From contig BFEA01000007.1 in assembly GCA_003427395.1 (NCBI GenBank), positions 6,479,957-6,543,956 on the forward strand: a stretch of 64,000 nucleotides of DNA, given 5' to 3'. Both the position numbers and the translations under genes were made by a program. Shown here piece after piece: positions 40,085 through 51,756 of the stretch. Source of the DNA: Chara braunii (lineage: Eukaryota; Plantae; Charophyceae). Position 1 is the stretch's first letter; each line of letters begins with the position of its first letter. The notes under the pieces were generated by a model. That model was not told the origin of the DNA, made no database searches, and saw only the letters and a program-made list of their open reading frames with translations.

Positions 40085-40347
40085 CCGGGTGCGTCAGCTA
40101 TACATCCCACGGTCCCCTACGACAGGATAGGTTCCCGCGGGGCATAAGCTTGCATCCCTAAAGGGTTGTCACCACCCTTAGAGGCGTATCCCTACCGAGC
40201 TATTGATCCACGTGCGAAGGCTTTTAAATGCAATCGCAGAGGTAGATTAGCCGAGGGTGTTTGCTCGTCTCGCTGCAGTATAGGAATCGTTTGACTAAAC
40301 TCCGAATCAACCCGAGCGTCGTCCGTTCTCTGGGGCGCTGATCTCCC
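40085..40347 (-). ncRNA. Conserved structured RNA module B of unknown function; homologs at 20841-21110 (-) and 9501-9772 (+)
   Basis: Shared blocks GGGAGATCA, AAAAGCCTT, TAGCTC, AGGGATACGCCT, GGTGACA, CCTGTCRT, TATAGC within non-homologous flanks. Confidence 0.7.
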
Positions 40348-41166
40348 AAGTACGAAACATACGCCGGTGGACTAGGACAGTCTCAACCAAACGTGGAAAC
40401 GATCCTTAGTCCCTAGCAATCAAACAACAAAATTCTCATATTTAAAACAACATCACACAATCCAAATCGTTGACTTGATGAGTTGGTCTGCCAAAGTGTC
40501 CTTTTTCAACTTGTATGACTGACATAACTTTTTATACTGTCGTTCCAAAGATTATTAATTTAAAGAAATAAACTAAGAATGATCTTTTTATCATGACTAC
40601 TGAAACTTGTCATGAATAACTTCTTTAAATAAATATCACTGGTACCATGCAGATCAACAAGTGATCTGGTTCCTGGTCGATGTTTGAACTCCCGGTTCGA
40701 AAACGTTTCCGTACCATATACAACTACTTGGAGGAGCGAGTGACAACTTTGTTGGTTGCTTTGTCCTCCTAGACAATAATTATTATTTCTCTTGCACGAA
40801 TGATGGAGTATCCACCTCCAACACCAAGTTACGCAACGCAGAAATGTTTCATCTTCCCCTGCTTCGCTTGACAAATTTTTCAGACGTTCGCTTTTCACTT
40901 TATCCTGCTTATTTTTATGCGAACGATTACCCCTCAATGCATAAGCATGATAGTAAAATCATCGGGGTAATCCGAATACTATCCATCCGACGGTCCTAAC
41001 TACATAAGGTGTTTTGTTTTTGTTTTTAGATTACCTCGTGAAACCTTAAGTTATATGATTTCCTCAACGGGACTGAGTCTATGCGAAGTGTTTTCTGAAA
41101 TCTGAGTAAGATTTCAGAAGACGATGTCTAATCATGGTAAATCTCTCACCCGCCACGCACCTGTGC

Positions 41167-41679
41167 CTACAATAAATCCAAACGTGCGAGTTCGTCGTCG
41201 TCGAAAATCAAAGTAGACCTTCGTCCACATCGCATGACTTTCACAATCCGAGTATTATAGAAGGAGGTCATCCGAGAGGCTAGTCTCCAAACTATAACTC
41301 GGAGAGGTCGATTAAGTCCAAACAGGTGTCGAGTCTCTGTGTCCCGGATCCGGACGACGCTGAAACGCCTACCGGACGAGGTAATCTTGATACTCACAAT
41401 GACTCGAGAGAGACATTGAAGGTTACCCGCGCAGTGGAAATACAAAGTATAACCGTAAAGCTCGTCGGAAGTTCGATCCATGTTGGCTCTGAAATCTGCG
41501 CGAGTATTAGGAAAAAATCCCTCGCCACTTTGAAGCAGTCCAACGAAGACGAACCAGTCGATAGGAGATCCATCTCTTACTCGTAAAAGTCGCGCTGCAC
41601 TCCTGATGAGATCCTCCTCGGGTGTATCACGGACCAGAAGATACCTCGGGATTGTCAAGTCTCGTCGTGCTCCAGGCAT
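41167..41679 (-). CDS. Hypothetical protein (170 aa), ATG directly after a splice acceptor
   Basis: gactgatttggattcgttctgatacgcag|ATG; 23 nt after the previous stop. Confidence 0.65.
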   Translation of the reverse strand: MPGARRDLTIPRYLLVRDTPEEDLIRSAARLLRVRDGSPIDWFVFVGLLQSGEGFFPNTRADFRANMDRTSDELYGYTLYFHCAGNLQCLSRVIVSIKITSSGRRFSVVRIRDTETRHLFGLNRPLRVIVWRLASRMTSFYNTRIVKVMRCGRRSTLIFDDDELARLDLL

Positions 41680-41702
41680 CTGCGTATCAGAACGAATCCA
41701 AA

Positions 41703-42215
41703 TCAGTCACGTAAAAACTCCTCAAGTTCTTCCGCTTCATTTTCCAATTCATGATCATATAATGTTTCAGCCCCTATAATTGCGTACCTATTGGCACGTA
41801 TCCGCTCCGCGTAGTATATGCCAAAAATTGAGCCTTGTCGCTTGTTCAGCCAAAGCACGTAACGGACGAACATCAACCTTATTTCAGGGATTTCGTCCAC
41901 TCGTGTGTTGATCTCATGGGGCTGCAACACCACCAGGTTCATATTGACGAAGTGACGCTCGGGCAATGGCGGTGCGAACTCGTAATGAAGAATATCCATG
42001 CCGTTATCACTCCTGAAAACAAGTCGCCTAGGGGGTCTTTGCGCACTACCACCCCAAAATCGCGGAACGTCCTCCTCAGAATATAATTCTGACAGATTAT
42101 AAATAAGTCGGCCTATCCTTTCTACCCTCACTCTATCACGCCTTTGGAGTTCAACTCTCTCTGTTGCCGCATCACGATTGTTGAAAAGGAATAGTTTCGT
42201 GGTTCTCATAGCCAT
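41703..42215 (-). CDS. Hypothetical protein (170 aa), ATG directly after a splice acceptor
   Basis: ttctttttctttcag|ATG; intact, non-repetitive ORF. Confidence 0.65.
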   Translation of the reverse strand: MAMRTTKLFLFNNRDAATERVELQRRDRVRVERIGRLIYNLSELYSEEDVPRFWGGSAQRPPRRLVFRSDNGMDILHYEFAPPLPERHFVNMNLVVLQPHEINTRVDEIPEIRLMFVRYVLWLNKRQGSIFGIYYAERIRANRYAIIGAETLYDHELENEAEELEEFLRD

Positions 42216-44119
42216 CTGAAAGAAAAAGAAGCCAAATGTGTTTTGAGTTAAACTTTTGCCCTTGAGTATTATTCGGTTTTTGTCTTCCTTACAGCCCGTG
42301 TTTCTTATGACACGACTAACCACGTCAGGAGTATCTAACCGTACTCCGTTCAGCTAATAGGACATGAGTCAGGCTGCTTGTGACGCCAACTCTCCATACA
42401 GTAGTGGTACCTAGGATGACCACTTAAAACAGGATTGCTAAGGCAATTTTCCTTTTTCGCAAGGCATCAAGAAATAATTTTCTTCCGTGTAGATGCCTTT
42501 TCCATTACCCTAAGAGGTGGTCTGGGATACTTCTTCTCCTCGCCCGAGTATAAAACTCGGATCTCAGAAGTCGGGCCGTCTCCACCGAATCGGCATAGTA
42601 CCCCCCCGCAAGCGATCCGCAAAGCGGTCCACTCTGAGTCGATAACAGGGCCGGCCCCTAAGGCAACGAACCCCCGCCCCAGATGCCTCCTAGAAAAAAA
42701 GAAAAACACCTACACGGCAGACAAGTAAAGTCTTGCTGCATAGCGTCAAAGTAAACTTAGACGAAGAAAGAGGAATCGTAGAAAGATAGAATCATTCAGA
42801 CTGACAGGCATAGATGGAAGAGGGTTATTCGGGAAAGAATGGGTAACCTCAAGAATAAGTCTAAACCAAGTTGAACTTCTCTTCCTTATGCTCGCTTCGT
42901 TTCTCGTCGTTTTCTCTTTCTTTTATTTATACATAGAACACAAGCACAAAGATGAAAAGTCAATCATTCTTTCACCGCCATAACCCTCATCCATTTCAGT
43001 CCACATGTCGTACCTACAGTCAAAACCCAACGACACACAGACCACCATGCATTCCTTTACCATTGTCAGACTCCCAGTTATACACGCAAAAACACACATC
43101 CTCTTCCCTTTTTCAATGAACATTCAGTGAAAAACAGGTCAAAGCAAGTGTGGGTTCACTCAAGTGTGAAGGGAACTGAGTCAATTTAACTGACTGACCT
43201 TGAGTGAAATTGAAGAAACGGCCCACTCAGGAAGACCGTGTAAATCACACTCAAGAGAAGACGATCGTCACAATGACTCGCCCGCAAAACAATCCACACC
43301 ACTCCTTAGAACGATCGCTTGTCGCGACACCCTGCGTCGCCGCAGTAAAATTATCGCAGCGCTCCCGCACCACAGCTGGTTAAACCGGAGTAACCGTCGA
43401 AAGATTTCGACAGTGCTACCGCACCACTACCGAAAAACCCGGAACCGCCCCCGTAGAGAACCCGGTGGCGCTTCAGCACCACCACTGAAAAACCAGGCTT
43501 GTTGCTGCAAAAAAAAAAAAAACGGCGGCGCTTCCGCACCACCGCTGAAAAACCAGGCCTGTTCCCACAAAAAAACCGGCAGTGCTTCCGCACCACCGCT
43601 GAAAAACCAGGCGCGCCACTGCAAAAACACCGGCAGCGCTTCGGCAGCACTCTTGTACTACCACAGTAAAAGCCTGTGCCGCCGCAGCAAAATTTCGGCA
43701 GCACTTTCGTACTACCGCAGAAAAAGTCTGTGCCGCCGCAGCAAAATTTCGGTAGCACTCTCGTACTACCGCAGTAAAAGCCTGTGCCGCCTCAGCAAAA
43801 TTTCGGCAGCACTCTCGTACTACCGCAGTAAAAGTCTGTGCTGCCTGCCGTAGTACCTCAGTGCCACTGGGCCTGTCCCGTGGGACCAACACCAGTCAAA
43901 GGGGAGGGGAACAGAGTGCTCCCTGCCTTGGCTATGGCTGCCCAGTCCTCCTCCTGGTGGTCCTCTGCAGTCCTCCAGCTCCTCCTCACATTGCCTCAGC
44001 AGTCCTCCAGCTCCTCCTCACGTTGCCTCAGCAGCAGCTTCAGCAGCCACAACACTCAAGTGTGCCCGTCACACACTGGCAGCACGAGTGCTTTGTGTGG
44101 CAGCTGGGGGGCAGCTGCC

Positions 44120-44128
44120 TTTTTTATA
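44120..44128 (-). promoter_or_regulatory. TATA box candidate (second copy at 50030-50038)
   Basis: Minus strand ccaaTATAAAAAAggc in a GC-rich context, pointing toward the accessory ORFs. Confidence 0.45.
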
Positions 44129-46190
44129 TTGGCTGAAGAGAGCTAGACGTCACTCCATCCCCCAGGCAAAAACGCGGGATCACAGTGAGCCCTTGATCTG
44201 GCCTAGATTCAGGGCTGACTGTGGCCGCACCACAGCCACAGCCTTAGTGTGGGGCAGTTTCTTTAACTGCCCTATTTTCTTTTTTTTTTTCTTTTTCCCA
44301 GCTCTCTCGGAATCTGGCGAGATAGCTGGTTTCCTGCCATTTCCAAAAGTGTTTTTCTTTTATTTTTCTGATAAGGGGTTGGAAAGTTACAGTCCGTTAC
44401 AGTTTGATGTATCTGGACCCTTTTTCCAGGGCAGATACATCGGGGAAAAGGTTGTATCTAGCCTTTTCCTTAGCGGCCCTTAATTTTCCAGGCTCCCTGC
44501 AAAAACGAGAGCCTGACAGTTTCCTCTGGCAGCTTGTGCCAAAGGTAGGACCACGTGAGGACAAGTGTCCTCACAGAAAATAAAGAAAAGAAAAAGAAAA
44601 ACTAACTTTCTTATTCCTAATGAACCTGGCTTTTACCTCAGCCAGGTTCGTGTTGTTGCATGCAATAGCCTTCCCTTATTTCCCTCTGCCTTCCCCTGAA
44701 AAAGGGGCCCCTGAAAAAGGGCAGGGCAGTTGGCAGGTTGGGAGGAGTAGGACCTCCCCCTCCCAACTCCCACGTCCCTCTCTCTCATTCTCCCACGCGA
44801 GTACTGTCGGCCGTGAGATTCAAGATCTCGCGGCCACAGTGTGTTGGGCAAAAAAAAAAAATGAAGTGGGAGTTTTGTGCTCCCACACAGTCCTGAAGGA
44901 CTGTTTTTTTCCTACCATGAGGCAATTGCCTCGTTCGTTCTTTTTTTCTNNNNNNNNNNNNNNNNNNNNNNNNNNNNNNNNNNNNNNNNNNNNNNNNNNN
45001 NNNNNNNNNNNNNNNNNNNNNNNNNNNNNNNNNNNNNNNNNNNNNNNNNNNNNNNNNNNNNNNNNNNNNNNNNNNNNNNNNNNNNNNNNNNNNNNNNNNN
45101 NNNNNNNNNNNNNNNNNNNNNNNNNNNNNNNNNNNNNNNNNNNNNNNNNNNNNNNNNNNNNNNNNNNNNNNNNNNNNNNNNNNNNNNNNNNNNNNNNNNN
45201 NNNNNNNNNNNNNNNNNNNNNNNNNNNNNNNNNNNNNNNNNNNNNNNNNNNNNNNNNNNNNNNNNNNNNNNNNNNNNNNNNNNNNNNNNNNNNNNNNNNN
45301 NNNNNNNNNNNNNNNNNNNNNNNNNNNNNNNNNNNNNNNNNNNNNNNNNNNNNNNNNNNNNNNNNNNNNNNNNNNNNNNNNNNNNNNNNNNNNNNNNNNN
45401 NNNNNNNNNNNNNNNNNNNNNNNNNNNNNNNNNNNNNNNNNNNNNNNNNNNNNNNNNNNNNNNNNNNNNNNNNNNNNNNNNNNNNNNNNNNNNNNNNNNN
45501 NNNNNNNNNNNNNNNNNNNNNNNNNNNNNNNNNNNNNNNNNNNNNNNNNNNNNNNNNNNNNNNNNNNNNNNNNNNNNNNNNNNNNNNNNNNNNNNNNNNN
45601 NNNNNNNNNNNNNNNNNNNNNNNNNNNNNNNNNNNNNNNNNNNNNNNNNNNNNNNNNNNNNNNNNNNNNNNNNNNNNNNNNNNNNNNNNNNNNNNNNNNN
45701 NNNNNNNNNNNNNNNNNNNNNNNNNNNNNNNNNNNNNNNNNNNNNNNNNNNNNNNNNNNNNNNNNNNNNNNNNNNNNNNNNNNNNNNNNNNNNNNNNNNN
45801 NNNNNNNNNNNNNNNNNNNNNNNNNNNNNNNNNNNNNNNNNNNNNNNNNNNNNNNNNNNNNNNNNNNNNNNNNNNNNNNNNNNNNNNNNNNNNNAGAAAA
45901 ATTAAAAAAAAAATCCAACTTACCTCAGAAAACGGCTCGACGTTGTAGAAACGGCGCCGTTTTCTTCAGGGACTATAAGTCTCTTTTTTCTCAGTGCGCC
46001 ATCTGGCGCAGTTCGTTTTTGCTTGTTTGTTTGTTTGTTTGTTTATTTGTTTGTTTGTTTGTTTGTTTGTTTTTTAGAATTCTCGTTGGCTTATGCCAAC
46101 GATCGTGCTGTGTTCGTGGGTTCACCCACGAACTGTTGCAATGAAGACCCGAATTCGAGTCCAAATGGACTCAAAAAATAATATAAAAAA

Positions 46191-46248
46191 AAAATTGACT
46201 ATTTCTCGATTTATGCGTGTCATCCTTGCGCAGGGGCCATGCTAATCT
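46191..46248 (-). ncRNA. U6: U6 snRNA 3' half (no 5' stem-loop or ACAGAGA box)
   Basis: Minus strand reads AGATTAGCATGGCCCCTGCGCAAGGATGACACGCATAAATCGAGAAATAGTCAATTTT, the plant-type U6 3' half as I recall it, followed by a T run. Confidence 0.93.
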
Positions 46249-47647
46249 CGCGCGCGGCTGATCTCAACCGCGAGATCTTCTTGATCGGACGACCGAGATC
46301 GACCGTGCCCGAAAGACTGGGTTGCTCCAAAAGGACCTAGCCCGGTAGTTACAGTTTCTCAGATTCGATCCTGGTGTCTGCTGGGTGGTAGTCGGGTGAC
46401 GTAACCTACTGGGCTAGCTCTTGTTTCACACTAAACAGGAGCAGCTCTTCAATATGAAGAGCTAGCCCAGCTGATTCTCCTGCCTGCGGCCTTGCAGGCT
46501 CCTCCTGTATGTGGCCTAGCAGGCCTGCCCAGGCTGTGGCCTAGCAGGGCTGCCCAGCCTGTGGCCTGCCGGCATTCCTGCCCGTGGCCTACCCATACCA
46601 GTTAGCCGCGTGATCGCGGCTTGGTCGGCCATCGAACCGGGTAAGCCTTGGCATTGGCCTATCGGCCCCAAGGCTCGACGTCAAACCCCGCGGCCTGTGC
46701 CGCGGCCTTATACCCCGCGCAACCGTCTTTTTAGCCCACTTAAGTCCTGAATCGCGCGGCTGCTACTAGGTGTAACTCTAGTCTTTCCATGACTGCACGC
46801 TACTGCGGTCTCGTCGAAAAACCCGTGGATGACAGTGTTGACTTTCGCTATCCCGTGCGGACGTCGATGTCGTCTTGCGTTGACGACGTAAGGTTCTAAA
46901 AGGTTTAGGTTTCTCAGTCATAGCGCTGGTCTAAATAAACGTTTGGCAAACATCAGTCTCATCAAGTCCTTCAATTCAACGCAAGAGTCGGACAACGTCC
47001 CACGTTCAAAAACACCGGCAAATAACCTTGTCAGGGTTTTTGCCTCGACAGCAATCCCAAACCCCATTGAACGACGTCCTCGTCGTTCACCCTATATTAG
47101 TCAACAATACAGGGCTCTCTGGATTCTTATGGAACTCTTTTCAACAAAATTTCTTTCAATCGAAAATAAGTCGAAGCTTATAACCAAAATCCGAGTTATT
47201 GCCTCGGTAATCTGAAATTCAATCATCCTTAATTGGAATGGTACCAGATGTAGCCTCTAGCAAGCCTTTCACCAAAACCTGAATTTATACCGGTTTCAAG
47301 TTCCGGAATTACTAAAATATTCGGAAACTTTGTCTAAATGGTCCCAGCATCATCCCACTGGTGGCAAATCTAAACATTATTTTAGTCTCTCAGAATGGTA
47401 CTGGAAATAGCCTCCGGCTAGCCTTCTAAACCTCAGTTGGCTAATATTTACATTTATCTAAGAGATCAGGTTTAACCCCCTGACGGGTATTTCAAAATAA
47501 ATAACCTTCTGAGCGGCCCAGACAGAATCTGAACCAACCATTCATGAGAAAAATCATTTATCAAAATTCCTTGTTCAGGTTTTGTATCCCATTCCAATTA
47601 CGAGTTATCACATATGACATTTTTCCTGCATGCTTTGTGATATGCGT

Positions 47648-48036
47648 TGAGTAGTGGTGTAATCCTCAAGGGATAACATCTCGACTTCGAGCCCCGCTTT
47701 AGACTCGAGCCTCACCACCTTCCCTTCGATTTCAGTATCATGTGTTTGCCAGTCCTCTACCTGCAAGGTTGAACTACCCTTTCTCTATGACCTAGGCTGA
47801 TCAGACCCGGGCATAAAGGCGAGGCGACCCCATTCGTCACAAGGTCAAGGTGACCACTCTTTTCCCCATGACGAGCGGCAGTCATCACCCTCACAAGCAA
47901 GATTCCGACAATCACAATAATAACATCCTCCCTTTCAATGATAGTGTAGCCACCTTCCTTAAAAAAAAAAAAAAAGTGACAGCATCCCACTATAGACCAG
48001 GAACTGAGTTCCGGCGTAGGCCTCACTACCACCTAC
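47648..48036 (-). ncRNA. Conserved module C of unknown function; homolog at ~16815-17208
   Basis: Shared blocks gataacatctc, gagcctcaccac, atgatagtgtag, gttccggcgt, taccacctac. Confidence 0.6.
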
Positions 48037-50833
48037 AGAGCTCACTACATCAGGACTCATCATAACATGTTTTGTGAATAACTCATAGTTATGCCACAAG
48101 CCATATAATGCAAATTACATATAATTTTCCTAGAACTTTTTTTTTTTTTACAACGAGAATATACATCAAATAACAACATACATTTTCACAGAGAGTTTCA
48201 TAACATTCCAGTCAAAAAATATTCATTAATTTGCATTGCATCACATTTCATCGAAAAAAGTAACAAGAAATCATTCAAATTTAGGAATCAACAAATTTTC
48301 GATCCAAAATCACAACATAATTCCACCGAATCGGCATAGTACCCCCCCAAAAAGCGGTCCACTCTGAGTCGATAACAGGGCCGGCCCCTAAGGCAACGAA
48401 CCCCCGCCCCAGATGCTTCCCAGAAAAAAAGGAAAACACCTACACGGCAGACAAGTAAAGTCTTGCCGCGTAGCGTCAAAGTAAACTTAGACGAAGAAAG
48501 AGGAATCGTAGAAAGATAGAATCATTCAGACTGACAGGCATAGATGGAAGAGGGTTATTCAGGAAAGAATGGGTAACCTCAAGAATAAGTCTAAACCAAG
48601 TTGAACTTCTCTTCCTTATGCTCGCTTCGTTTCTCGTCGTTTTCTCTTTCTTTTATNNNNNNNNNNNNNNNNNNNNNNNNNNNNNNNNNNNNNNNNNNNN
48701 NNNNNNNNNNNNNNNNNNNNNNNNNNNNNNNNNNNNNNNNNNNNNNNNNNNNNNNNNNNNNNNNNNNNNNNNNNNNNNNNNNNNNNNNNNNNNNNNNNNN
48801 NNNNNNNNNNNNNNNNNNNNNNNNNNNNNNNNNNNNNNNNNNNNNNNNNNNNNNNNNAAAAGTCAATCATTCTTTCACCGCCATAACCCTCATCCATTTC
48901 AGTCCACATGTCGTACGTGCAGTCAAAACCCAACGACACACAGACCACCATGCATTCCTTTACCATTGTCAGACTCCCAGTCATACATGCAAGAACACAC
49001 ATCCTCTTCCCTTTTTCAATGAACATTCAGTGAAAAACAGGTCAAAGCAAGTGTGGGTTCACTCAGGTGTGAAGGGAACAGAGTCAATTTAACTGACTGA
49101 CCTTGAGTGAAATTGAAGAAACGGCCCACTCAGGAAGACCGTGCAAATCACACTCAAGAGAAGAAGATCGTCACAATGAGTCGTCCGAAAAACAATTCAC
49201 ACCACTCCTTAGAACGATCGCTTGTTGTGACACCCTGCGTCGCCGCCGTAAAATTATCGCAGCGCTCCCGCACCACAGCAGGTTAAACCGGAGTCACCGT
49301 CGAAAGATTTCGACAGCGCTACCGCACCACTGCCGAAAAACCCGGAACTGCCGCCGTAGAAAACCCGGAGGCGCTTCCGCACCACCACTGAAAAACCAGG
49401 CCTGCTTCCGCACCACCGCTGAAAAACCAGGCCTGCTGCCACAAAAAAACCGGCAACGCTTCCGCACCACTGCTGAAAAACCTGCCCTGCCGCCGCAAAA
49501 AAAACGGCAACACTTCCGCACCACCGCTGAAAAAACCCGTGCCGCCGCAAATGTCGGCAGCACTCTCGTACTACCACAGTAAAAGTCTGTGCCGCCGCAG
49601 CAAAATTTCGGCAACACTTTCATACTACCGCAGAAAAAGTCTGTGCCGCCGCAGCAAAATTTCGGCAGCACTCTTGTACTACCGCACTATAAGTCTGTGC
49701 CGCCGCAACAAAATTTCGGCAACACTCTCGTACTACCGCAGTAAAAGTCTGTGCCGCATGCCGTAGTACCGCAGTGTCACTGGGCCTGTCCCGTGGGACC
49801 AACACCAGCCAAAGGGGAGGGGAGCAGAGCGCTCCCTGCCTTGGCTATGGCTGCCCAGTCCTCCTCCCGGTGCTCCTCTGCACTCCTCCAGCTCCTCCTC
49901 ACGTTGCCTCAGCAGTCCTACTACTCCTCACGTTGCCTCAGTAGTAGCTCCAGCAGCCACAACACTCAAGTGTGTCCGTCACACACTGGCAGCACGAGTG
50001 CTTTGTGTGGCAGCTGGGGGGCAGCTGCCTTTTTTATATTGGTTAAAGAGAGTTGGACGTCACTCCAGCCTCCAGGCAAAAACGCGGGTTCACAGTGAGC
50101 CCTTGATCCAGGGCTGACTGTGGCCGCACCACAGCCACAGCCTTAGTGTGGGGCGGTTTCTTTAACTGCCCTATTTTTTCTTTTCTTTTCTTTTTCCCAG
50201 CTATCTCGAAAGCTGGCGAGATAGCTGGTCTCCTGTCATTTCCAAAAGTGTTTTTCTTTTATTTTTCTGATAAGGGGTTGGAAAGTTACAGCCCCTTACA
50301 GTTTGATGTATCTGGACCCTTTTTCCAGGGCAGATACATCGGGGAAAAGGTTGTATCTAGCCTTTTCCTTAGCGGCCTTTAATTTTCCAGGCTCCCTGCA
50401 AAAACGAGAGCCTGACAGTTTCCTCTCGCAGCTTGTGCCAGAGGTAGCACCACGTGAGGACAAGTGTCCTCACAGAAAATAAAGAAAAGAGAAAGAAAAA
50501 CTAACTTTCTAATTCCTAATGAACCTGGCTTTTACCTCAGCCAGGTTCGTGTTGTTGCATGCAACAGCCTTTCCTTATTTCCCTCTGCCTTCCCCTGAAA
50601 AAGGGGAGGGCAGTTGGCAGGTTGAGAGGAGTAGGACCTCCCCCTCCCAACTCCCACGTCCCTCTCTTTCATTCTCCCACGCGAGTACAGTCGGCGTGAG
50701 ATTCAAGATCTCGCGGCCACAGTGTGTTGGGCAAATAAAAAAAACAAAGTGGGAGTTTTGTGCTCCCACACAGTCCCAAAGGACTGTTCTTTTCCTACCA
50801 CGAGGCAATTGCCTCGTTCGTTCTCTTTTTCTA

Positions 50834-50899
<66 letters not shown>

Positions 50900-51216
50900 T
50901 CTCTTACTTTTTCTTTTCGTTTCTTAGTCCTTTCCCCGTTTTTTTGTGCAACGGTCCTCCTTCAAAGGCCACGAACGGGGAGGAACAAGAGGGGAAAAAA
51001 AAAAAAAAAAAAAAACAGAAAAACAAAATACAAAAACTTACCTGAAATCGTCGTTTTGCGGCCGCAGCAACAACACTGCTTTGGCCACTGCTCGTGACTG
51101 TATTCTTCCGCGTTCCCGCGAAAGATTCATTCGATTATGCTCATCCTTTAGTTGGCCTCCTCGTCGAGGAGCCAACCTCAGGTAGGTTGGCAGGTAGGTA
51201 GGTAGGTAGGTAGGTA

Positions 51217-51282
<66 letters not shown>

Positions 51283-51466
51283 NAAAATTGTTGTTTTGCG
51301 GCCACAGTAACAGCAGTGGCCTTGGCCACTGCTCGTGACTGCATTCTTCCGCGTTCCCGCAGAAGATTCATTCGATTTTGCTCATCCTTTAGTTGGCCTC
51401 CTCGTCGAGGTCGTCGAGGAGCCAACCTCAGGTAGGTTGGTAGGTAGGTAGGTAGGTAGGTAGGTA

Positions 51467-51534
<68 letters not shown>

Positions 51535-51596
51535 CGTGCGCGCACGCGCGTGCGTGCGCTTGTACCTGGTCGCTATTGGTGCCAGGTTCAGGCGTT

Positions 51597-51657
51597 TGTC
51601 GACTGTCGGGGTCCAACCCCCTGATGAGTCGATGTAGCTCCGACAAAACAGTCGGCA
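51597..51657 (+). ncRNA. Type III hammerhead ribozyme with G12->A core change
   Basis: tgtcgactGTC-gggg(tccaa)cccc-CTGATGA-gtcg(atgtagctc)cgac-AAAAC-agtcggca. Confidence 0.85.
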
Positions 51658-51756
51658 CAGTTTGGGTCTCCCCCCCCCCTTTTGCATCTCTCTATTTTAC
51701 GCTTGTACCTAGGCGCCATAAGCGCCAGGTTCAGGCGCTTTTACTCGTTCAGTTGC

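Larger units (their letters stand above)
42581..47050. repeat. Long direct repeat unit, copy 1 (contains an N gap)
   Basis: Colinear with 48322-53111 from tccaccgaatcggcatag to ...cgaca. Confidence 0.95.

Noticed and set aside
41600-41640. CTGATGA as another hammerhead core (also the gactgtcgg motif at ~13752)
   Set aside because: No stem II plus GAAA, or no core at all
43200-43853. 217-aa ORF with YYRSKSLCRRSKISAALS repeats
   Set aside because: Arises from a 54-bp tandem repeat; the frame is not preserved in the second copy (49103-49766)
46191-46330. Complete functional U6 gene
   Set aside because: The 5' stem-loop and ACAGAGA box are absent, and no recognisable USE/TATA lies at the expected spacing
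51036-51044. U1 snRNA 5' end (ACTTACCTG)
   Set aside because: No further U1 similarity; better explained as a minus-strand splice donor
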